DNA from: Vicugna vicugna
Lineage: Eukaryota
Direction of reading: 5' to 3'
Assembly (NCBI GenBank): GCA_013265495.1
Contig: MU058844.1
Coordinates: 3,973,895-4,037,894 of the forward strand
DNA length: 64,000 bases
Shown: piece after piece, positions 39,150-52,985 of the stretch
How the letters are laid out: every line of letters starts with the position of its first letter
Position numbering within the stretch: position 1 is the stretch's first letter
Notes under the pieces: model-generated
Database searches by the model: none
Seen by the model: the letters and a program-made list of their open reading frames with translations, nothing else
Told to the model about the DNA's origin: nothing
Position numbers and translations under genes: made by a program

Positions 39150-39385
39150 TAAGAATAGATATTCACTGCATTCTTACTATGTTCCTGGCATTGTAATAAG
39201 TGCATTTCTAATTTTCATAATTACCCTATGAGGCTGTATTTTGAAGCTCATTTTATGAATGAGGAAAATGAAGTTCTGGGAGAAATTATGTATTTAACTT
39301 GCCCAAGTTGAGAGCTATTAAGTGGTTGATTCAAAATTCAAACCAAGAATTACCTGGAACCAAAGCCTATGTTCTTAACCACTAA
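39150..39385 (-). mobile_element. MIR SINE
   Basis: cattttatgaatgaggaaaatgaagttct...taacttgcccaagtt...ccaaagcctatgttcttaaccacta. Confidence 0.85.
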
Positions 39386-40685
39386 ATTCGATCACGTCTC
39401 CGTGGTAAAGTGGGAATCTTGAGGTTAGGGTGTACTTTAAAATTAGTCTTGTTTTGTTTACATATAATGTGTCCTGCAATAATTATAAGCACTTTTCTCA
39501 CCTGAAAGTTCTTACACTATTACAGCTGCAATGAGAGAGAGCGAGAACAGACTTTCCCTTTGGATTTAGACAGGATGAATTTGAAATTCCTAATCTTTAT
39601 ACTTTCCTGTATTTTGAATCATTTTAAAGAGATTTTTAAAAAATGTCTTTAAAGTGATTAATCTTAAAACCTTATTGTGTACTTAAATGTGCATATTTAT
39701 ATAAAGTCCCCAGATGATCAAAAACACATCCTTCCTCAGTAATTTAATGGGTTCTGGGTAAAACAAAAAATAAAACATTGGTTTATCATTTACCCTTTTT
39801 GATAATTTGAGAATAAAACATTCTTATCTCATTTAGAGTATTCCATATTATTAGGCTGAACAGAAACACAGCTAGAGACTTAAGACATAATTCCTGTGTT
39901 TGATTAGGTTATCATCTAGACGGGAAGATGTCACAAATTCTCATAAAAAATAGAACCAAAATGTCATTCAGTGATCAACACCCAACCAAATCATTAGTGC
40001 TGTCAGAATTGAAAGGAGGAAGAGATTTAGAGGTGATTTGTGAAGGAGAGGGAGTGGATATGTGGTCTGGGTCTTGAGAGAGGGGTCTGATAATGATGAT
40101 TTCCTTTGAGAGAAGGAGGAAGAATAATGAAAGGAAGATAGGTGGGCATTAGGAATAGCAAAGAGGCTGAGAAGCAGGGCCATTTTTTCTAAATAGAGAC
40201 AAGAGACTCTCTAGGAATTAAAGTTTGCCTAGAAAAGTAGATTTTAATATTTGGGTGTTACCTATGTCTTTGGGACTCTAATGAAAGCTATAAACTCACT
40301 TCAGAAAAATGCACAAATGCAAAACCACTAAATTACCTTATCCTATAGAAACAACTACTGTCAGTATTTTGGTACTTTGCATTCTAAACCTCCATTTCTG
40401 GTTATAGATATATAGGTATATGTATATAAACCATTTATTTAAAAAATTTATTAAAGGTTCAAATATAAAGTAAAAGAAAACTGGAAGCATATAGAGGCAT
40501 AAAAAAAACACCTATTGGTTTTATGTGTGAATATTTATGTGTGTTTATGTACATATCTCTCCCTCCCCATAATGACTGATACAAAGTTTGGTCATTTGCA
40601 GCAACAGATTCAACTGCAGGGACTGGAATTCATTTTGGAAACAGATAATGTTATTATATTCAGAATTCTTTTCCTAGAGCAAATG

Positions 40686-40691
40686 TTTATT
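40686..40691 (-). terminator. Candidate polyadenylation signal (AATAAA) for the putative minus-strand terminal exon
   Basis: First canonical AATAAA I found on the minus strand downstream of the stop at 42066-42064. An ATTAAA lies at 41798-41793. Implies a 3' UTR of about 1.4 kb. Confidence 0.3.
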
Positions 40692-42063
40692 CCTTAGAAT
40701 ATTTTTATCTTTTCAAAATAAAAGTAGCCAATTTTCTTAATTATATTTAAATAAAACAATGTGCTCATAGTAAACATTTCAAGCAATACACTTAAGTGTA
40801 AGAAAGAAAGAGAAAATTCAGATGAAATCCTACCAAAAATGGAAAGGATTTTGAACACCAGAATAACATAATTAAATGTAGTTCTCCAATTGGTAATGTT
40901 GTGAGATGAACTGAAACAGAAAAAGCCTAGAAGCCAGGAAATCAATTAGACAACCATGCCATCATCTGATAAATAGCTAAGGTTAAGAGGAAAACTACCA
41001 CCAGCCGTGATGAGGAGAGCAAAGTTGTGTTGAGCATCTAATTTGTGCAAAGCACTACAATGAACACACTGAAGAAAATTTTAAAAACACATGACCTGTG
41101 CCCTCCAGGATCTCAACTTAGTGGAAGAAACCAGTTCATACATAACTGAGGTTCACAAAATGTGCCTGGGGAATTTGTGTGAATAAAAATTAATTCCTAG
41201 CACATGTCCTTTTCCAGCTTGCTGCTATGTTGGGGAAAATTTCAAATCCATATTTTAAATTGAGGATTAAAACATCAGTGGTGAGCAACAGAGAATTGTA
41301 GTGATACCAAAGTTTGGAAAATCATCAAACCAACATAAATCAATTGATTTCAGAATGCAAAGAAAGACAGGTTTTTCAGGAAAAGAAGGGCTTTAGAGTT
41401 ACAGAGAGCCTGGAGAGTGAAGGTAGACTCTTAAAAGTGGAGCCTCATAGAACATTTATCTCTTGGTGGCTGTCTGACCAGAAGGGTCAGGCCAGGGTAA
41501 CATTTGTTAATGATTATTGAGTGTAGAGTTGCTTTGGAATGTATCTAACGCTAATTTTCAGAGCAAAATTAAGATACAAGAGTGACTGAGCTGAGATGAC
41601 AGCAATAATTATTGGAAAACAAAAGGGAAAAAAGAATGAGCAAGTGAGAAAATAAAAGGTTCTACAAGTAGCAGGAGTTTTTCTCCTCAATAACATGGAT
41701 TTTAGTTTCTAATTATCTGTAATGTTTTTCAGTGAATCCACTTCTTTGCATAAACACAAGAGGCATGAAATAACTAGTGTGTTTCTTTCATTTTTAATGC
41801 ATTTGTCTGAAAAAAATTAACTGTAATGCTATGCCAAAAGTAGCAGAGTTAGAAATGAACAGTTGAATTTATAATATTATTGTGATAGTATAATATTGCT
41901 GTGACTAGTATTCTAATGCAATTTTCAAATGAGACTTCTTTTTCTGACTATAGAAGGGGGAGAATATTTAAAATAAATCTTTGAGAATGCAGACATGATT
42001 AAATCGTTTCATACTGAAATCTGCATCTGATTCTTCCATGGTTATTGAGGCTAGATCACTTTT

Positions 42064-42086
42064 TCATGTTGTATTACTCTGATAAT
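42064..42086 (-). CDS. Candidate terminal coding exon, (D)YQSNTT*
   Basis: Acceptor actttttctgttacAG|ATTATC. A phase-1 join to the 51808 donor gives D-Y-Q-S-N-T-T-TGA. AU-rich, largely unique UTR-like sequence follows. Confidence 0.4.
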
Positions 42087-44699
42087 CTGTAACAGAAAAA
42101 GTCTTAAAGATACGCAAATAAATATCAATAGATGACTTACACACGGAAGCTTATATAGACTTTAGATTGAAACAGCACAGCATAGTCCCCATTTTAATTT
42201 CCCTAACACCAGACAAATCCTTTTAATAATCTAAACACAACTTCTAGGCTGGGAGGGGCGGCCATTCATTTTTTGATTCAGTTCCAAAGTTCCTTTCAAA
42301 GTAATAAAACATCTTCTGAGGAAGCAGAGGATGACCTTGCTTCATTATTTAAGCAGCTCAGTTTCTGTTATTTTCCCAGCTCATAAAGTTGTCTTCAAGG
42401 GCATTTTTTTTCATAAAGGTCCTTAGAGGAAGGGGGTGATGTCACCATGGAAGTTGTCAAGCACGATGCTTTCCCAAAGACATTGCTCTGTGCTAGATGT
42501 TAGGAAGGAGGGACCCAAAAACAGAAATCTCCAAAGACGTATCTAGATTTAGGTCTAGATCCACATCTGCTCTTTTTTTAGGAAAAGAGTGTGCTTTGAA
42601 AGTAATTCAAAGGGATAGACACACATAGAAGCAATTATAGATATCCTTTAATGTAAAAAGTACTAAGATAATAAATCATCAGTATACATTCAGAAAAGAA
42701 TGAAATAAGGTGTTGTTAAATTATATTTATCATTTTAATTTTGTATTTTTTTTCTTCTGGTAAAGACATATGAATCATTAAATAATATAAATATCTTAAA
42801 ATTATATTGAAAGTAAATGGTCAAATAGTATGTTAGGAAAGGTCTTAGAAGATACATGTAATTAATGTCTCCATCTTGTCCCAAATTGATAGATTATATC
42901 ATGCAAATTCTGGTCTAAATTTCAAGACTGTAAAAAGTTACAGGTAAACTAAAAGAATGATGGTATCAAAAAGTGCTTTTGCCATAATGACAATGCAGAT
43001 TAGGTTTGCATTCTACACAGTGCACCCAAATTGTTTGGGTCAGTTATCTATTTTACTTAAACATTTAAGCTCCCTCAAATCCTGTTTCTCATTAATTTTA
43101 TTTCAAAGAATTATACTAAATAGCCCTCAGTACTGTCTACTTCTTTTCTAAGCTATTGCAAAACCCTTGATTATTTTTCTCACCTACTCACTCCACTCTA
43201 GGTGAGCAAGCAGGTACCTGCTTCTTAATTTTTCTTTCTTCTCATGCTCACTCACCTTCTGCCCACTCTTCTCACAATCTGGTCTTGGCTTTCCTAACAC
43301 CAAGCTCTTTCCTGACTCTCTGACCCTCAGCCCAATGCACTGGCCCTTGATCTTTTTAAGCTTGTTTTACCTGATCCTTCTAAGTCCCCACATACACTTC
43401 GAGTTATCACCTCCTGGAAAACTTTCATTCTAGTTCACTATCTAAATTCTTACCAGCCGTGCTAAGCTAAAAGTTCAGTTATTTAGGTCTATAACTAGTG
43501 ACCATTTTTTAAATAACCCTCACTGTCAGCTGATACTTTATCAGTATAACATATTAAATATGGAAAGTCTCATGAAAAAAATTAAACGTTGTATCGTGGA
43601 AGAAAATCAATAACCTAACCAGTTTTTCATGTAGTTGTTTTGTTTTTTAATTTTTAAATATCTTAAAAACAGTCTACACTGTAGCAGTCACTAAAGGGTC
43701 TCTTAGCTCTCCAACTTTTTTATACTCACTGAAATTCAGAACTACTTTCATTTCAAGCTCAGCGTCTTCATAAAGTAAAAACTGGGCGAGACAAAAAGTC
43801 AATATGAATTTGAAAAGGTCTTTATTTTCCAAAGTGTCTTAAGGTGGATCCTTAATTATGTCATGTTGAGAAGAATTTCATTCTACATGGTTAACAGAAG
43901 GACTTTTGTCAGTCAAAGCCACAAAATGTGCCTGGAGAATGTTCAGCTATTTTGAAAATAAATGTCAGGACTTCAGCTCCCTGTTTCTCTTGCCGCAGGC
44001 TAACATTACTTAGCTATATAATACTCATTAGCACTGGCCCTATATATTAACCCCATCAAAGATGTGTAAACAAACTGGGACAGAGTTCCTGCTAACCAGC
44101 TTCCAATTCTCTAATGTCACACCCATTAAAAAAAAACTGACTTTGGTTTTTTCCCTTAATGTCACATTTTCTGACTGAGCAATTTACTATAGATTCATAT
44201 CTAGTCATAAAAAAAAGACAACAGAAAAGTAACTATTATTTTTCAGTCAATGATGCTGGTCTATTAACTATGACAGAGACAAAAGAAAATGTAGACTGGA
44301 TGGAGAAGAGACGAAGTTAGCATTATAAGGCCTTTAGAATTATAATTCCAGTGATGATAACATACTAAAGGTCTCTGTCCTTTTACTTGCTGTCTTCATT
44401 TTGCAACATTTAAGTGTATTCATAATTTTAAGGTAGTCATTGAATGTTCAAGAACAAATTAGCATTAATTTATTTTTATGTTTAACTTAAATTATACTCT
44501 GCAGTAGCGTAAGGAGAAAATAGTCCCCAAATCAGATAGTCAATAGCTCTATGATTTCTACTTAAGATATCCTCACTGCAGATTAAAATAACTCAGCTTA
44601 TTTTATAAGCTGCATGAGAAGGCATTTGAAGTTGAACCAGGTGCATATATGGAAAGAAGGAAAGGAGCAGTGGTGGGCAATACTGTTTATTTTCTATCC

Positions 44700-45130
44700 A
44701 TGAAGTTCTTTAACTTATTTATGCAGCTATATTGTCTCCATTTTCAAGATTTATATATAAGGATATTTATCATGGCATTGTATACAATAGCAAAAAAATA
44801 GAAACCACTTGAAAGTCCTATACTAAGAGATTAATTGATCAACAAAAATGTTGGCAAAACAGAATATTATACAGCTGTTAAATGATATTGAGATATCATT
44901 ATAAGTAAGAGAATAAGATCATGAAATATTATCTTATAAGATAACTATATGAGTAGTTATTTAGTGTGTATAAATATGTACATATATTACAATTTGTATT
45001 TATATATAAGTAGTGGGAGACCATGTACAAAAATAAAAACATGCCTTATCTTAGTGTGATGGGATTACTTCTTTTTCTTGAATACATTGTTAAAATTCCT
45101 ATAGTAAACATGTTACAAGTATTACTTTTC
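44700..45130 (+). mobile_element. Very old L1ME-like 3' fragment
   Basis: ggatatttatcatggcattgtatacaatagcaaaaaaatagaaaccacttgaaagtcc. Confidence 0.6.
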
Positions 45131-45670
45131 TAAAATATATTTTAAGTAAGATCCATGTCCTTCAGGAAAAAAGATAAAAAAAATATTATGCTTACAATGT
45201 ATGTGTACATATATATACATATATGGTTCTGTATGTGTGTATATGTATCACACATGCATAAGTACACATAATACATATATAAATTCTCTACCTGATGTAA
45301 GATATATCACTGAAAGTATCTCCTAACACAAAATTGCTTCTGATTCTAGATTGATAGGATTCTAAATATATGATTGACAAAATAATTTTCATTTCCATAT
45401 TTCATTCAAGCGTAGCCAAAGCAGAAATGAGCTAGTCCCTTAGAAGTTTGAGTTCCATAGCCTTGCTCTAATCTTGTAGGCATTAATTCAAGGTTGGATA
45501 CTTTTTCAATTTTCCTTTTAATCAAGTCTATGAGCCAGAAACCAGGAAATGAGATCACAGCAGCTGAGTTGCAGCTGTAGTCCCTCACCTCCAAAACTGA
45601 AGATGAGGCTTATCAGGAGTACAAAGTTCATCTAGTCAAAAATAAGGATGAAAAAAATCATACTACACAG

Positions 45671-45691
45671 CACACACACACACACACACAC
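45671..45691. repeat. (CA)10 microsatellite
   Basis: Perfect CA run. Confidence 0.95.
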
Positions 45692-46588
45692 TACAGTGTT
45701 TCACAAGATTCAGTCACAATTCTCAAAAAATATTTTAATATGTGAAATCATTTTGTTTCTACTTTTTAAAAAAATCATGTAACCAAATGTATCTTTTTAA
45801 AATGGAAGACAAAAAAGAGAAGAAAAATTCCCACAATCCCTTCATTCTAGTAAAACCACAAGTGGAATTATGAAAATATTTTTGTGTAACTATAATTATT
45901 AAAAACCATAAGTTCAATTATGAGTTTATCTTCATTATATCATCATTACCAATCTGAATATTCAAAGGTACATAATAGGTAAAATCCTTCTGGGTTTTCA
46001 TGACTTTAAATTTGTTCTCTTGCAGCACCTATGAGTCCATAACTCTTTATTATAATTTTCATGAGTCCCTATATTTTTCCATTACAACATGTAACTATTT
46101 TATTTTAATTTTATTGTATTGATACCTCTGCTCAGTAAGGTCATAAGCAATTTGAGTACAAGGACTGTCCTAGCTTTTGCTCATTATGGTACCTCTGGCC
46201 CCCAGTTCAATGTTAGGCACAAAAAAAGGCTGTATCATATAATTACCAATGAATGAATGGCAGTTACCCAAAGAATGAATGATAATCCTCTTTCCTGAGT
46301 CAGTATCATTCAATTCACTTTGAAACTTGATTTTGAAAGTTTTAACCTCTTTTAAACTAAATACCCCTTTTTACAGTGTTTCCTTTCCATTTTGCTTTGG
46401 GGAATAATAATAGCTATTTTGTAGAGTTATTTAAAAAATTATCCATCTAGCAGAATGCCTATTCATGAATGAATAATACTTGCCATTTTGGTATATTGGA
46501 AACACCATATATTCTGGAATAAATTAACCTTTGAACCATTGAATGGTTCATCAAATGCTTGCTCAATTACATACCTGTGTGATATAGA

Positions 46589-47624
46589 TAAGCTATCATA
46601 ACTTCTTTGAGCTTCAGTACAAACATCTATAAACTCAAAAATATACAACTTAACTAGCCAGCCTTGTAGTTGTGGATAAAAAGTAACATGCATAAAGCAC
46701 CTTGTATGCAGAAGGAATTTCCATAATATTAGTTCCAACCCTAACATACTTAGACATTAATACTAAATAGCAACCAAGTGACATTAGGTATCTACTTTGT
46801 ACAGGATTTCATGTCTTATACCCCATTTAGGAAATTATCACCCTGAATAAATGATCTGTGAACCTAACGCTGACTAGGAAATTGTCTCGATGTCATGGAC
46901 TGCCTTTACCAAAATGACAGATAATTGGCTCCTGCAAGAGTCTCATTTGCAGCATAAGATCACTAATGCAAACAATCCACACCATCTCCAGAGGAAAAAG
47001 TAGAAGGCTATAGAAGCTATAAACATGATGAAAAATCATCAATTGTGGTGAAGATAATTTAGCAAAGCAACAAAATCCACACATTAATTAATAAGAGTGT
47101 CTACAGTTTGCCATTCAAAGCAAATGGCCAAGATCTTAGAATCATTTTACAAGCAACGTAACAACAGGTCTTTGAATCAGCTGCAAGAAAACATATTCAG
47201 CAATACCCCTGATGACATATCCAATTGTTCTTTCCAGAATTAGCAGACTCATACTTCACAGGTATTCAACTGAAGGTAATTGAGGTCTCAGCACAAAAAA
47301 TAACATTATAGGGTTTACACAGTCATTAGATCACATATGTGGTTTCTATTGTCATTGACTAAACTTTATTTTTAAAATAACCGCTCTTTTGTTCTGGGAT
47401 AATAGGAAACAGCATGAAAATAAATGAAGTTCTCACACAAAATTTAAATACCTGACACTTTGAATATCTTTTCTCACAAAACTAACAAAAACAATAAAAC
47501 AGTATTTATCAGTCAATAAATGGGTGCCACTTTTCATACATTATCTTATTGAATAAGCTAACATTGTATATGTTTTGATTTTATAGATGTTTGTACTGAA
47601 GCTCAAAGAAGTTAGGACAGCTTA
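46589..47624. repeat. Inverted repeat with 60/61-bp arms (46589-46648, 47564-47624) in oppositely oriented MIR cores, 915-bp spacer
   Basis: Arm 1 against the reverse complement of arm 2 shows 3 substitutions and 1 indel, with a 35-bp perfect core taacttctttgagcttcagtacaaacatctataaa. Confidence 0.93.
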
Positions 47625-50071
47625 ATACAATCTTGTGACCACTGTCTTATTATTAACCTCAATTTACAGATGAGGGAAGTGGGGTTTACAGAAGGTGAGA
47701 AATTTACCCGAGTTGCACAGTTGGTAACTGGCAAACTCCAATGAATGTACCATTTATCCATCTCCAAAACTACTCTTTGCCATTCTCATCCAGGAACTGC
47801 TAACAAGAATCCACACTACATGATGAGAGAGTTTCCTATCATAGAGAGTACATGGATGACCAAGAAAATAATTAAAAGGCAGTCACTTGAAGGAAGAAAA
47901 ATCAAAAAGAAGGATAGTGTATAGATTTTAGAAGTGAAGTTAACATTAGAGATCACTTTGCCCAATCTCTTCATCCGAGTGAGGTCAAGATAGGAAGATT
48001 GGGAAGACTGAGCCCAGCCTGGCATCTTCCCATAATGCCATTGAATAAAAGCCTTAATAATATTTCTTCTTAACCAGTTGAGAGGAGATTCCACCCTACT
48101 TCAGACCAGTACCTTGATTTTGTAAGAATTTAATCATTTAAATAAAGTGCTATGTATCTTTCCTCTTAATTGTTCTGAAATAAATTGCCATGTCAGCAAG
48201 ACCTACGCTTTAGCCATTCTCTCTGGACAAGGAAACGAAACATTGTATGAATGGGGTAATTTTCTTCACTAATGAAGTGGGAAAATAATTGGTTAGTGAA
48301 ACTACATTTAGCATATTTATAGAGTCATTTATATACTACTAAAAAAAAGATACAACAGTATTCAACCCACTTGTGGCTGCATCATGATTTAAGAACACAA
48401 GTAAACTCTTTGACATTAGTTCCAAGATTCCTAGGTGTAGGAGAAAGGGAAAGTTGGGGATTAACAGGAAATAAGTACAGTTTAGCTTCGTGTTACCCTA
48501 GTCCCTGGTTTACTCCTCATGCTCTCAGCAATTAGATTTTTAGCTTGTCTCACTTGTCCTCTTGCTGAATTCTAAAGAGATTACTATTTCTTTCTATGGA
48601 TACATTTGATCTCCTCAAACTATTATGCCTCAGCTCTACGTATTCTTTTTTGAGGATATTTTCACCCCTTTATGCTTTGTTGCAATACTTGTCTTCTTCA
48701 CAGCATAATACTAAACTGAGGCTCAAAAAATCAGTAAGAAATTTAGCAAGGTAAAGAGCTAGAAGGACTCAGCATTGTAGCAAGAAATAGTAAGCAGGTA
48801 TTTCCTTGAAATCTAAAGGAAGCAGTATCAAAGTGCCAAAGGATTAGGCATACTCGTAACGTATAAAACTAACAAAGGACTGTCTTTCAATTATTGTCAG
48901 CTAAAGTGAGCAATGGTAATGGTTTTCAAAGCATAGCACTACTATCATTTCCTCTAAAACCTTGGGCTGCTCTCAGTTTCTTTATCTGTAACTGAGGATA
49001 TACTGCCTCAAATTATACATAGTGCTTGTGATGATTAAGTGAGAAAATCCTATGTCACACATGGAGCATAAAAATTCTTGCAAAAGTATTTTACTGTTAC
49101 AAATTAATTTCTAGGTCTAGATTAGGTCATACTGGTAGAAAATTGGAGCAATCTGCTCACAGAAAAGATAGAAGGTCATTTAAGTTTATATATATATTTA
49201 AATATATAATTACTTCTATGCCTATATTAATTTATATTATATGTATATATCTCCTTGAGCACAACAGTTTCGGCTGGCATAAAAGAGAAAATGAATGAAG
49301 CATTACAACACTGAGAAGTTAAGACAGGTAAGGCAAGTGCTGAATAAAAGAATACCATTCATGTTTTTGACCATGACCTGAAGTTACTTTTGTCCTTAGA
49401 ACTTCCCATCTTAAATAGAACTTGGTATTCCTTTTGTGCCCTCGGTTAAACCCTGGCTCTCATATCATTCTTCTCAAATCATCTTCTCATATCTCCTCTC
49501 GACACAAATGCATAGTTACTGAGTCCAGACTGAAAAGCACAAGTCTCTGAACAGTCTGTATTATGTTTACTTTAATGATGCCCCCTCCTCACTCAAATAT
49601 ATGCAGTGTTTTACTTTAAAAAGGCACTTTCCCAGTTGAAGACTGATTTCTTCCAACTGCAAAAGGAGCTTTAACATTTCTTTCTGGAAGTCTAAAGAGA
49701 AATGTTAATTATTTACTAGAGTACAGGTGGCTTACTAATCTGTTTAATGTTTACCAGAATCTGACTTTTCTTTTTTTCTAACGAGCCACTCTGCAATAGG
49801 CTCCAATACGGAATACTCAAATGTTTCTGTTTAATCATATTTTTATCTTAACTACTTATGGGAACAAGTCTTGAGAAGGAAAGATAAATAAAATGTTGTC
49901 ATGTTAAATTGTTAGCTTTATGCAAGCCAATATCTACAAGGCTTTTTCTTAATTTCCATGGTGTCTATTAGGTGATTTACTGTGTTATGAGGACCATGAG
50001 CTCTTCTAATCTCTGAGTCCCTTGACACAGTCTTTTCCTACTGACTCCTCTGTGCCTAATGCCAGGCCTAC

Positions 50072-50694
50072 TGATACCAGACCTAACTTGGGTATGTTTA
50101 CCCGTGTCAAGCCACTTTATTGGCACCAGTTTGTGGTGAAGGAAAGTGCAGTATTTATTGTAGGTGCCAAATAAGGAGTCTGGACAGCTAGTGCTCAAAA
50201 GATCCAAACTCCCTGATGACTTTTAGGGAAAGGTTTTTAAATACAGGGTGAGGAAGAGGGTTGCAGGGTGGACAGCTCGTGGACATTCTTCTGATTGGTT
50301 GGTGGTGAGGTAACCAGGAGTCAACATCATCAACCTACTGGTTGCAATCAGTCTGGGGTCTATATGCTTGTGGTTAACATGCAGTTAACGTCTTCCACCT
50401 GGTGGGGGCTCTCAGTATATGCAAAATAGCTCAAGGATATGGCTCAGAACATGAAGTTCAGCCCTTGAAGAGGAACTAAAGGTCCCTGATTTGTTTAATG
50501 GCTAAATGATTATTATTTTGTCTAGCTTGACTGTTACCCTTTGTTTCTGCATTTTTTCACTTCTCTGATTAAATTTATTCTTTGAAACTCAGGGAAGGCC
50601 TAGGAGATGAAAGGTTTTTTTACAAACAAAAGGCAGGCAGAGGACATGGGGAGGTCTGTCCCAGGAGGGCCCCATATGGTCCTACTCAGTTATA
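50072..50694 (-). mobile_element. ERV1-class solo LTR (623 bp)
   Basis: Termini tgatacc...cagttata with 4-bp flanks ctac/ccac. Minus-strand CCAAT (about 50298), TATA-like tatttaaaaa (50243-50234) and AATAAA at 50159-50154 and 50121-50116. Confidence 0.85.
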
Positions 50695-51807
50695 CCACCA
50701 CTGAAGGAGTTTTGGATGAGTGAAAGGATAAAGGGACAAAGGAACAAATGAATCTTCTTAGGAAGAGAAGATATGCATACGTATAGAAACAAACATGAGT
50801 TACCACTAAGCAGTACGTAACCAAGTGTGAAAAAAAAAAAAAGTGGGATTGACATCGTGTCTTCAGTTCTTAGAAAAATCCAACTGGCTCCTGATAGTTT
50901 GTGGACTTTGAAATAGTATTAACTTGAAATAAGGGTATTGTTTAAGTTAAAGTAGCTGCTTAGATACAGTGGTTCTTTACATTAAGGAAACAAACTAACA
51001 CTGTTTCTATCAGCAAATTTTCAATAGTTCTATTACTTTTCTACTTGTGACATCCAATTTAATAAATACTATTGACCAATAACATGTATCATGTGACTGT
51101 TTCTTATAATTGACTGGAATTGTTGCAATTTAATTCTAGACATCTCATGCCTACCAGAAGCTCTGATTCATACATGTGAAATTAACTTTAAAAATGGAAA
51201 ATTACTTTATTATTTGATTGTGTCCAGACTTTTTCTAAATGTGGGGTTGACAAAAGGAGAAAGAAATAACAGATGGTTAAAAAAATTAAGAATCTAAAAA
51301 AACTGTCTAATGATAGTAGTTCCTCTCTTTAAAAATCTGTTTTTTCTGTTTATAATAGTAATGCACACATATTAATTGCTAGATATATAGTCTAACATTT
51401 AAAACATGTAAAATATGATTATTTCCAAAATTGTACAAAAATGTACACATGCTTATTTTTCTAATCAAAAATTAGAGAAGTGAATATTGTAGACAGGGAA
51501 AGTCCTCCATAAAACAGTAGAAAGTCCTAATTCTATAGCAAGGCAGATTTGGGGGCCTGAAGGTCTTAAAAGGACTGCCCTGTCTACCCAGCAGGAAAGT
51601 TAGTAATCCAAAAAAGACTTATTACATCATTTCGTTTCACCTATAAATGCAAAATTAAAACAGAATTTTCCATTCTGTTAGGTATAATCACCTGATGGGA
51701 TCATAATAACTGGTATGATCAAAGAAACAAAATGAGATAAAGTAACCCACGTTCCAACATCCTTGACTTTAGAGTCTGGGATTTGTTAATTCTATCTTTC
51801 CAATTAC

Positions 51808-51962
51808 CTGTTGGTGGCACTTGAGAGCAGAGTAATTCAGCTCCTTCAGGGGCAAGTCCATTTGGGGAAGCAGCCTCTACGGGAACACTACCACATAGGT
51901 TGCAATAACCCTTTCTCTTTCTTTGACTAGAGGATTTGCCAGTTTTAACTTTAAGACAGATG
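51808..51962 (-). CDS. Candidate internal coding exon (155 nt), ICLKVKTGKSSSQRKRKGYCNLCGSVPVEAASPNGLAPEGAELLCSQVPPT; product unidentified
   Basis: Acceptor tccttgtttgacAG|CATC and donor CAG|GTAATT. Only one frame is open across the exon (phase 2 in, phase 1 out). Non-repetitive and GC-richer than its flanks. Confidence 0.5.
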
Positions 51963-52985
51963 CTGTCAAACAAGGACACTCCGAAACATACTGGAACAGC
52001 TTGGCCTGATCATAATCATTCCTCTTACATAAGACTCATTGGCTCCCTTCTCCTCTGATAAAGACAGCGCTGATTGATTCATAACTGCAGTATCTTTTGC
52101 CTTAACTATCTTCATCTTGGTAGGTTGCACACTGCAACAATGTCTACTACTACTTTTTATCCCTCATTTTTATTTTCTAAACTTCAATCCTCTGCTTCTA
52201 GCTATTCTCAAAAGATTTCATTTTGTTTAGTATCATCCTGAATCATTTTCTTTCATTCAACAAATGTTTATTTATTTAGGACCACCACGTGCACAGAACA
52301 TGCAAGGGTGACAGGGAATATGGAGAGAAGAACCTAAGTAGAAAGGAGAAACAAATATGACTGCATTCATAAGGTGCTTCGAATTAGCATAACCATGTGC
52401 ATAAATAACTATATTGTGAGGTTTTTAAGAAGTGGCAATTACCAAAAAAGGAAAACAAAGAAATATCTAGAAAATTGAGAAGAAAAAGAAATAACAACCA
52501 CTTAAAGAGATCCTATTAGGTTTCCTGGAAATAAACCTGGCATTGAAGGGCTTGGCGCAAGTGATCACAGTGTGATAAAGGGAAAAGGACTTCAAGGCTG
52601 ATATAAACACTGAAGAGCAAATTTTTCTTTAATGAAAAAAAAAATTCCATAATAGACAAGTAACCAAACTTGTAAGCAGAAAAGCTAAAACTCTTAGTGT
52701 AAAAGGCAAGTGTGGGGAAAAAAAAATAACATCGTTAATAGCACTTCAAGTGTGTATGTACAAAATCTGTTAATTGCTACTTAAAATGAAAATACAAAAA
52801 GTCAGAAAAATCCCCCTAAGATTTATGATTAGCCATAGTTGTAATCAGTATAATACATCTTAAAGGACTATGGGGCACCAGACATGGGTTTCTGGAGTAG
52901 GCAACCAACAGAGATGGCTTTGGGTAGGGAGCCGCAATCCTGAGATCATACACAGTATTAAAGATAGTTGAGACAGGAGACTCAC

